DNA of 52,593 nt, taken from NCBI GenBank assembly GCA_021108335.1, contig JAIORC010000146.1, forward strand, positions 1-52,593, written 5' to 3'. Positions 43,966 through 52,593 of the stretch are shown here, piece by piece (within the stretch, counting starts at the first letter, position 1; each line of letters starts with the position of its first letter). Source of the DNA: Phycisphaerae bacterium. GTDB taxonomy: Bacteria > Planctomycetota > Phycisphaerae > SM23-33. Under the pieces are notes generated by a model, which saw only the letters and a list, made by a program, of their open reading frames with translations, made no database searches and was not told the DNA's origin. The position numbers were made by a program, and so were the translations under genes.

Positions 43966-46137
43966 TTATCTTCTGCCGCCTCGGCTGCCGCCACCTCTTC
44001 GGTCGTTGCCACGGCTGCCGCCTCTACCGCCACTGCTGGGCGGCTGGGGCTTCCAGTCGGGGTCAAGCACCGCTTTGCGGGATACCTTGATCCTGCCGGT
44101 GTCGTCAACGTTGATGACCTTGACATCCATCTCGTCGCCAACCTTGCAGACGTCGTTGGGGTCTTTGACGTAGTCCATCGCCAATTCGCTGACGTGGCAG
44201 AGGCCTTCCTGGCCGGGCAGAATCTCGATAAACGCACCAAAATCGCGAATCGAGACGATCGTGCCGTTGTAGACCTTGCCGACTTCGGCGTCCTCGGTAA
44301 TGCCGCGGATCATTTCGCGGGCAGCCTCGGCACCGTTGTCTTTGCAGGCGATGTAAATCGTACCGTCTTCGTCGATGTCGATGGAAGCGCCGGTCTCGTC
44401 CTGAATCTTGTTGATCATCTTGCCGCCCGGGCCGATCACCTTGCCGATTTTACTCGGATTGATCTTGATGGTAACCATTCTCGGGGCGAACTCGCTCAAC
44501 TCATTCGGCTTGCCGATCGCTTCGTTCATGACGTCGAGAATCTGCATGCGGGCGGTTTTCGCCTGGGCCAGCGTCTCGACGATCCGATCCTGCGGGATAC
44601 CACGGGCCTTCATGTCCAACTGGATGCCGGTGATACCGTTGACGCTGCCGGCTACCTTGAAGTCCATGTCGCCATGGAAATCTTCTTCACCGACGATGTC
44701 AGTCAGCAGGACGTATCGGCCGCTTTCGTCCGAAACCATGCCGACGCTGATACCGGCTACCGGGGCCTTGAGGGGCACGCCGGCGTCCAGCAGTGCAAGC
44801 GTTCCGCCACAGGTGGCAGCCTGGCTGGTCGAGCCGTTGGACTCCATGATGTCGGCGACGATGCGGACGGTGTAAGGCCAATCTTCCGGCGAGGGCATGA
44901 CGGCCTGGAGGCTTTTCTCTGCCAGCACGCCGTGGCCGATTTCGCGGCGGCCCGGGCCTCGCAGCGGACGAATTTCACCGACGCTGAACGGCGGGAAATT
45001 GTAGTGCAGGAAGAAGGGCTTCTTGTATTCGTCATTAAGCCCGTCGATAATAGGCTGATCTCTGGGAGTACCCAGTGTCGCGGTTACCAATGCGGTGGTT
45101 TCGCCGCGGGTGAACAGCGCCGAGCCGTGCGTTCGCGGCAGAACGCCGACCTCGCCGGCGAGCGGGCGAATTTCCTCAGGGCCTCGGCCGTCAAGCCTCG
45201 TGCCGCTGAGAATCAATTCCCGCTGGATAGCACCTTCGAGCTTGTAGAACACTTCCTTGACCTGTGCGGGAGTGTACTGGGGTTCTTCAACGCCTTCGGG
45301 GCAAAGCTCTTCCAACAGCCCGGCGCGGAGTTCCGACAGGGCTTCGTTTCGCTCGACCTTGCCGGGAATCTGCTTAAGCTCACGGATTTTGTCGCCGCAT
45401 TTGTCCTTGACGATCGTCTTAAGCTCTTCCGGCATGACGGTCGGCTCGTAGTTTTTCTTGATATCGCACTGGCTGGCCATTTCGTTGATCAGCTCGACGA
45501 CCTCGGCGGAGGTCTTCTGGGCCAGGGCGACACCTTCGGCGACCACATCTTCGGATACTTCCGAACCAGCCAGTTCGATCATGTTCAGCGCTTCGGCCGG
45601 GCCTGCCACCAGCAAATCCATGCTGCTGTGATTGAGGTCCTCGTGGGTGGGGTTGACGACGTATTCGCCATCGACATAGCCCACGCGGGCAGTGCCGATC
45701 GGCCCATCAAACGGGGCCGGGCTGATTGTCAACGCCGCCGAGGCTCCGATCATCGCCAGGAGATCCGGGTCGTTCTGGTTGTCGGTGCTGAGCACCATGC
45801 ACTGAATCTGCACTTCGTTGCGGAAATCGTACGGAAACAACGGCCTGATCGGCCTGTCGATCATCCGCATGGTCAGAATTTCCTTGGTCGAGGGGCGTCC
45901 CTCGCGTTTGAAAAACCCGCCCGGGATTTTGCCTGCGGAGTACTGTGCCTCCCGGTAATCCACGTACAGCGGGAAGAAATCAATTTCCCTGGTCGGCGGG
46001 GCGGTCAGCACCGTGGTTAGCACGACTGTGTCGCCATACTGCACCAGCACTGCACCGTGGGCCTGCTTGGCCAACTTGCCGGTTTCCAGGATCAGTTTTC
46101 GTCCGTTAATCTCTTTTTCTACTCTTACTACAGTCAT
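43966..46137 (-). CDS. pnp: Polyribonucleotide nucleotidyltransferase
   Basis: GKIPGGFFKREGRP, DRPIRPLF, HGSALFTRGET, HYNFPPFSVGE, MESNGS, GDMDFKVAG, KH and S1 domains. Confidence 0.98.
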   Translation of the reverse strand: MTVVRVEKEINGRKLILETGKLAKQAHGAVLVQYGDTVVLTTVLTAPPTREIDFFPLYVDYREAQYSAGKIPGGFFKREGRPSTKEILTMRMIDRPIRPLFPYDFRNEVQIQCMVLSTDNQNDPDLLAMIGASAALTISPAPFDGPIGTARVGYVDGEYVVNPTHEDLNHSSMDLLVAGPAEALNMIELAGSEVSEDVVAEGVALAQKTSAEVVELINEMASQCDIKKNYEPTVMPEELKTIVKDKCGDKIRELKQIPGKVERNEALSELRAGLLEELCPEGVEEPQYTPAQVKEVFYKLEGAIQRELILSGTRLDGRGPEEIRPLAGEVGVLPRTHGSALFTRGETTALVTATLGTPRDQPIIDGLNDEYKKPFFLHYNFPPFSVGEIRPLRGPGRREIGHGVLAEKSLQAVMPSPEDWPYTVRIVADIMESNGSTSQAATCGGTLALLDAGVPLKAPVAGISVGMVSDESGRYVLLTDIVGEEDFHGDMDFKVAGSVNGITGIQLDMKARGIPQDRIVETLAQAKTARMQILDVMNEAIGKPNELSEFAPRMVTIKINPSKIGKVIGPGGKMINKIQDETGASIDIDEDGTIYIACKDNGAEAAREMIRGITEDAEVGKVYNGTIVSIRDFGAFIEILPGQEGLCHVSELAMDYVKDPNDVCKVGDEMDVKVINVDDTGRIKVSRKAVLDPDWKPQPPSSGGRGGSRGNDRRGGGSRGGRR

Positions 46138-46454
46138 TTTCTTTTCCTCTTTCCTCTTTGCGAGTTCCCTTTGAACTCTACTTTTTGGCGAGTTCCCATG
46201 AACTCCACCATTACGTTTACCTCTAGTCTTACTTCACTATGGTTCTAACTATTGTTCTATGCGTTTACGTCCTACGTCGTTATTTTTATCAAAGATTATC
46301 TGCGATTAAACACTCGGCTGCGAATTTGCCTGAGGCAATGCTCGTGGGCATACCGGCAGCGCATCCAACAGCGATAAACCCACAACAGGCATACGCTGAG
46401 ACTCCAAGCCGACAATATTCGCGGTAATTCATCGCCGTTTTCCGTTACCGGGCG

Positions 46455-46724
46455 CTACTTACGCAGACCCAGTTTGGCGATCAAGCTGCGGTATCGTTCC
46501 GGGGCGGTGCGGGAGAGGTATTTCAGCAGGCTGTTTCGCTTGCCGACCATTTTCAGCAGTCCCCGGCGAGAGGCGTGATCTTTTTTGTGCGTCCTGAGGT
46601 GCTCGGCAAGGTGGTTGATCCGGGCAGTCAAAATCGCAACCTGAACCTCCGCCGAGCCTGTGTCGCCCTCGTGAATCTGGTGTTCCGTGATAATCGTTTT
46701 CTTCGTGTCGTCAGTAATCGTCAT
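46455..46724 (-). CDS. rpsO: 30S ribosomal protein S15
   Basis: [40 protein letters not shown]; 89 aa from ATG 46724. Confidence 0.97.
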   Translation of the reverse strand: MTITDDTKKTIITEHQIHEGDTGSAEVQVAILTARINHLAEHLRTHKKDHASRRGLLKMVGKRNSLLKYLSRTAPERYRSLIAKLGLRK

Positions 46725-46737
46725 AACTCTTTCACCT

Positions 46738-46780
46738 GTCGCCGCAGCCGCCGACATCCTGCCGGTAAAGCCGCCGCAAC
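46738..46780 (-). ncRNA. Candidate S15 autoregulatory leader hairpin
   Basis: GUUGCGGCGGC/GCUGCGGCGAC outer stem and CCGGCA/UGUCGG inner stem with G-U pairs, abutting the AGGUG SD. Confidence 0.4.
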
Positions 46781-46829
46781 CGTGTTCCTTTCTCTTAGTT
46801 TTGTTCTCTTCTATATTTACAGGCGTCGC

Positions 46830-46857
46830 AGTATACGAGATTCCCCGCAAAATGCAA
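46830..46857 (-). promoter_or_regulatory. Putative sigma70 promoter of rpsO-pnp
   Basis: Minus strand TTGCAT-N16-TATACT. Confidence 0.55.
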
Positions 46858-46931
46858 CCCCGTATTGAAGATAAATCGCAGCCGCTGCAATTATCGGAAG
46901 CAATTTCGAAAGGGATGGCTTAACGCGTAGG

Positions 46932-47255
46932 TTATGCGGATTGCTGCGCCCGGTCGTCAAATTGCGTAAGGTGAATATCGCTCTCTGGTAAGTGCGCGAT
47001 CAATTCCAGTTTCCCACCCAATGCCTCGATAATACGCCGAAGCGTGCTGATCTGCATGTCGTTCCGGGACTCCAGCTTCGACAGGCTCGGCTGTTTGATT
47101 CCCAGGGAAACAGCCATGTCTTCTTGCGTCAGGCCGACTTCCTTACGAATTTCCGCCAGAAGCATCTCGGCCATCATCTCCTTCGCACGGGTCTTGGCGC
47201 GTACAACCCGCGACGGCTCCATTTTCGCTTCAAGTTCTCGAAAGTTGCGTGCCAT
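46932..47255 (-). CDS. XRE-family HTH protein (HigA-like antitoxin), orphan
   Basis: MARNFRELEAKM...LAEIRKEVGLTQEDMAVSLGIKQPSLSKLESRNDMQISTLRRIIEALGGKLEL. Confidence 0.9.
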   Translation of the reverse strand: MARNFRELEAKMEPSRVVRAKTRAKEMMAEMLLAEIRKEVGLTQEDMAVSLGIKQPSLSKLESRNDMQISTLRRIIEALGGKLELIAHLPESDIHLTQFDDRAQQSA

Positions 47256-47269
47256 TAGATTTCCCACAT
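47255..47269 (-). pseudogene. Four-codon minigene MWEI*, putative remnant of a HigB/RelE-like toxin gene
   Basis: ATG TGG GAA ATC TAA, with the stop overlapping the HTH start (TAATG); starts 6 nt after the -10 box. Confidence 0.5.
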
Positions 47270-47275
47270 ACCCGC

Positions 47276-47303
47276 AATATAGCCTATCGGCTATATTTGT
47301 CAA
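47276..47303 (-). promoter_or_regulatory. Sigma70 promoter with an overlapping perfect palindromic operator
   Basis: TTGACA-N16-TATATT; inverted repeat AATATAGCC-tatc-GGCTATATT (47276-47297). Confidence 0.8.
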
Positions 47304-47385
47304 GTGCTGAAAGAAAAAATCCCGCCTGCCCCCTCCAAAAACTGCGTAAAAATTGCTGGAATAGACGTGTACAGGAAATTTTATC

Positions 47386-47420
47386 CTTGCAAATTGAACA
47401 TTGAATGTTCAAATTGCAAG
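47386..47420. promoter_or_regulatory. 17-bp inverted repeat over the promoter of the AAA_14/DUF4143 gene
   Basis: CTTGCAAATTGAACATT-g-AATGTTCAAATTGCAAG (1 mismatch), 19 nt before the ATG. Confidence 0.7.
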
Positions 47421-47439
47421 GACGGAAGGAGTTGGAACC

Positions 47440-48642
47440 ATGATTACCAGGCATCTCGAAGCGACGTTGAAGAAGGCCGCCCGGCAGTATCCCGTGGTTT
47501 CGCTTACCGGCCCACGGCAGTCGGGAAAGACCACGCTTGTCCGCATGGCCTTCGGCAAGCATGAATATGTCTCGCTGGAGAACCCCGAGCAGCGGGCCTT
47601 TGCCCACGAGGATCCGAAGGGATTTCTCGGACAGTTTTCCGGTAAAGTTATTCTTGATGAAGCCCAGCGGGCACCTGATCTATTTTCGTATATCCAGGGA
47701 ATTGTGGACGAACACCAGTCGGCTGGGCAGTTTATCCTGACCGGTTCGCAAAATTTTCTTCTGCTTCATCAGATCAGCCAGACCCTCGCCGGCCGATGTT
47801 CCATGCTGCACCTCCTACCTTTCTCCAGAACGGAATTGGCCGGCAAAAGCATGATGGATGTATCAAAGATCGGATCATCCGTTCCCGGTAAACCCTCAAA
47901 AGCCGGGAGGGAAGACCTCTTCGACATGCTTTTCAAGGGAGGCTATCCTCGCATCCACGACAAGCATCTGGCACCGCAGGACTGGCTGCGTAACTACTAC
48001 CAGGCTTATATCGAGCGGGATGTGCGGGAACTGCTCAACGTGGGGGACATCGAAACTTTCGGAAGATTCGTCCGATTGTGTGCCGGACGCTGCAGCCAGC
48101 TTTTGAACCTGTCATCACTGGCCGGAGACTGCGGTATTTCTCACCGTACCGCCCAACGCTGGCTGGGCGTTCTGGAGGCCAGCTTCCTAATCACGCTTCT
48201 GCGACCGCACCACGGGAACTTCAACAAGCGTCTGGTCAAATCGCCCAAGCTATATTTTCTCGATACCGGCCTGCTGTGCTATCTCTTGCGAATTCGCAGC
48301 CCGGAAGACCTCCGGCTGCACGCTTCACGCGGTGCGGTGTTCGAGTCCTGGGCCATCTCGGAGATTATCAAGAATTATTACCATCGCGGCCTGGAGCCGG
48401 ACGTGTATTTCTGGCGGGATTCCGCCGGGCACGAAGTTGACCTCGTTATCGAGCAGGGCAAGACGCTGATTCCCGTGGAGATCAAGTCGGGCGAAACTTT
48501 CGCTTCCGATTTTCTCAAAGGGTTGGATTATTGGCGAGGATTAGCCGGGCAGGAGAACGCTCCGGCGGCGGTGGTCTACGGCGGCGACACTTCGTATTTT
48601 CGCAAGGACGTCGCGGTAATGTCATGGCGAAACTGGGAGTAG
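47440..48642 (+). CDS. AAA_14 ATPase with DUF4143 (PD-(D/E)xK-like C-terminus)
   Basis: LTGPRQSGKTTL, ILDEAQRAP, FILTGS, GGYP, YIERDVR, KSPKLYFLDTGL, YFWRDSAGHEVDLVI, PVEIKSG. Confidence 0.93.
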   Translation: MITRHLEATLKKAARQYPVVSLTGPRQSGKTTLVRMAFGKHEYVSLENPEQRAFAHEDPKGFLGQFSGKVILDEAQRAPDLFSYIQGIVDEHQSAGQFILTGSQNFLLLHQISQTLAGRCSMLHLLPFSRTELAGKSMMDVSKIGSSVPGKPSKAGREDLFDMLFKGGYPRIHDKHLAPQDWLRNYYQAYIERDVRELLNVGDIETFGRFVRLCAGRCSQLLNLSSLAGDCGISHRTAQRWLGVLEASFLITLLRPHHGNFNKRLVKSPKLYFLDTGLLCYLLRIRSPEDLRLHASRGAVFESWAISEIIKNYYHRGLEPDVYFWRDSAGHEVDLVIEQGKTLIPVEIKSGETFASDFLKGLDYWRGLAGQENAPAAVVYGGDTSYFRKDVAVMSWRNWE

Positions 48643-48715
48643 AGTGTATCGCTTGCCACAGGCGGCATCACCCGGCCCCAAAATCCCAAAACTCGCGTAA
48701 ATTGCCGTAATGGGC

Positions 48716-48744
48716 TTGACCGCCGGGCCGGCGGAGCCTACATT
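48716..48744 (+). promoter_or_regulatory. Putative sigma70 promoter of ndk-cupin-ligA
   Basis: TTGACC-N17-TACATT. Confidence 0.55.
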
Positions 48745-48786
48745 GTCACTGGAAACACACTGGGCCAACATTGGGAGTCGGAAAGC

Positions 48787-49248
48787 ATGCAAAGAACGTT
48801 GGTTGTACTCAAGCCCGATGCCGTACAGCGGCAACTGGTCGGGCGGATTATTCAGCGATTTGAAACCAAGGGGCTGAAGCTGGTCGGCCTGCGGATGGTT
48901 CAGGTTACACCGGCCCAGGCGGGCGAAATGTATCTGCCGCACAAGGACAAGGATTTCTACCAGCCGCTGGTGAAATTCATCACCGCCTCGCCCGTGGTGG
49001 TGATGGTGCTGGAAGGCGTCGGGGCGATCGGCGTCGCCCGCGACATGATGGGCCCGACGTTCGGCCCGGACGCTCCGCCGGGAACCATTCGCGGGGACTT
49101 CGGCATGAGCAGGCGATACAATCTCATCCACGGCTCAGACAGCCCGGAAGCCGCCGCCCGCGAAATCTCGCTGTTCTTCGAAGAAAAAGACCTGCTCGAA
49201 TACGACCTGGTAATCGAGCAGTGGGAATATTCCGAAATCGACCAGTAA
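48787..49248 (+). CDS. ndk: Nucleoside diphosphate kinase
   Basis: RTLVVLKPDAVQR, PGTIRGDF, NLIHGSDS. Confidence 0.97.
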   Translation: MQRTLVVLKPDAVQRQLVGRIIQRFETKGLKLVGLRMVQVTPAQAGEMYLPHKDKDFYQPLVKFITASPVVVMVLEGVGAIGVARDMMGPTFGPDAPPGTIRGDFGMSRRYNLIHGSDSPEAAAREISLFFEEKDLLEYDLVIEQWEYSEIDQ

Positions 49249-49260
49249 AGGAACGCAGTA

Positions 49261-49602
49261 ATGAAGATTGAAGTCGCCGATGCGATAGAGGCGAAAAATG
49301 TGGAGTTGGAAGGTGCCGCCGGGCTGACTATGCGGATGCTGATCGGGCCGGATGAAGGCGCTCCGACTTTTCACATGCGGCAGTTCAGCGTTGTTCCGGG
49401 CGGCCATACTCCGCGACATACGCACGCCTGGGAACACGAGTGCTACATCCTGGCTGGGGCGGGCACGGTTATCACGCCGGACGGCCCAAAGCCCATAAAG
49501 GCTGGCGACTGCATCTACGTCGGGCCGAACGACGACCACCAGTTTCAGAACACCGGCGACGAAGAACTGAAATTCCTCTGCCTCGTGCCGAAACCGTCTT
49601 GA
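49261..49602 (+). CDS. Cupin domain protein
   Basis: PGGHTPRHTHAWEHECYILAG and AGDCIYVGPNDDHQFQNTG cupin motifs. Confidence 0.92.
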   Translation: MKIEVADAIEAKNVELEGAAGLTMRMLIGPDEGAPTFHMRQFSVVPGGHTPRHTHAWEHECYILAGAGTVITPDGPKPIKAGDCIYVGPNDDHQFQNTGDEELKFLCLVPKPS

Positions 49603-49615
49603 GATTCAAAAAGAT

Positions 49616-49641
49616 GGTGGCACAGGTTTGTAACCTGTGCC
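49616..49641 (+). repeat. REP-like palindrome family A
   Basis: GGTGGCACAGGTTTGTAACCTGTGCC. Confidence 0.85.
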
Positions 49642-49679
49642 CCGTGCCAGGCCAAATTGTTTCGCGACATTCGGAATAA

Positions 49680-51836
<2,157 letters not shown>

Positions 51837-52046
51837 AACTTGCCACCTGTTATGGTATTGGTCGAAAATAGAAAGGGTGAAACCTTTGGCTGGCTATGAT
51901 TCAGGTTCTTAACAAAACCAGACTCTTGCCCGATTTACGCAGAAGCAGTACATTGGTTCAGTAGAGTAAAATTATTTGTGCTCGTGCGAGAAGTTTGGCA
52001 TATAAAAGCAAGCGAAGGATGTCTTGGCCCGAATAGGAAAAATAGA

Positions 52047-52593
52047 ATGAATTTATCTGCGGCAAACTCAAACCATTTATCTCGCCGTTTCGGTATTGGT
52101 GAATGGTATGGTAAATCCTTTGTGCGGCTGACACCGGAAGAGCGAAAAACCTTAGCGGAAATTGCACTTGGGTGCGATACGAACATTGTGCCGCCTTGCC
52201 CTTTCAAAGACTTGAACAGTAATGAGCCGTGTACAAAAAAAGGGGGTGTTTGCTCTCTACGGCTCTATGAAGATGCCGGCGATGGTTCTGCTGTTGCTGT
52301 TACGGGGGACAATGGTGATTTGCGAACAGTGTGTCCCCATCGATTCAAGCAGGGAAACACTATCTACAAAACGGTTGGGGAATATATTCTTGGCGCTATT
52401 GACCCTCGTATAGTAAGCGAGGTGCGTTTTCTGCAACGCTATCGAGTTGCTTCTTCCGAAAATGCAGGCCGGGAGGACGTCGGCAATATTGACAACGTAC
52501 TTGTCCATCCAACAGAAACAAATCCAATGAGGTGGTGCGCTTTAGAGATTCAGGCAGTATATTTCTCCGGCAAAGCCATGTCTGCATTGTTCC
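52047..52593 (+). CDS. NotI-family restriction endonuclease (partial; runs off the window)
   Basis: Not in ORF track. From ATG 52047: FGIGEWYG, PCPF, CTKKGGVCS, VCPHRF (Cys4 cluster), SEVRFL, VGNIDNVL, ALEIQAVYFSG; AT-richer than ligA. Confidence 0.85.
   Translation, partial: MNLSAANSNHLSRRFGIGEWYGKSFVRLTPEERKTLAEIALGCDTNIVPPCPFKDLNSNEPCTKKGGVCSLRLYEDAGDGSAVAVTGDNGDLRTVCPHRFKQGNTIYKTVGEYILGAIDPRIVSEVRFLQRYRVASSENAGREDVGNIDNVLVHPTETNPMRWCALEIQAVYFSGKAMSALF

Noticed and set aside
43960-46020. 686-aa plus-strand ORF, and similar long antisense ORFs over fabF, alaS, topA and ligA
   Set aside because: Antisense shadows of GC-rich conserved genes with no recognisable motifs.
51837-52046. Controller (C) protein gene upstream of the endonuclease
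   Set aside because: Only a 15-codon ORF was found, with no HTH.

Overview
GC-rich bacterial chromosomal segment. Gene content (PEP-CTERM protein, BatA/vWA, MoxR-DUF58-transglutaminase, UroD-like protein, secretin with extended C-terminus) suggests Planctomycetota, probably Phycisphaerae; this is inference. The backbone is housekeeping: purH, riboflavin synthase, rpmF-plsX-fabH-fabD-fabG-acpP-fabF, alaS, valS, cimA, tmk-holB, topA, rpsO-pnp, ndk, ligA. Accessory genes are interspersed: ankyrin protein, UroD/AraC pair, vapBC, orphan HigA-like HTH, AAA_14/DUF4143 ATPase, PEP-CTERM protein, NotI-family endonuclease. Three coding regions are absent from the supplied ORF track: a secretin with an EEPAK-repeat tail running off the left edge, a 44-aa membrane peptide coupled to a TSUP gene, and a NotI-family endonuclease running off the right edge. 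The most notable observation is a DUF151 bifunctional nuclease between valS and alaS whose C-terminus aligns without gaps to the tRNA-binding coiled-coil arm of the adjacent ValRS (19/65 identities). Also notable are a 4-codon putative toxin remnant (MWEI*) coupled to an orphan antitoxin, at least five REP-like palindrome families assembled into mosaics, heptamer tracts after stop codons, and a candidate S15 leader RNA. No tRNA, rRNA, CRISPR array or transposase was seen.
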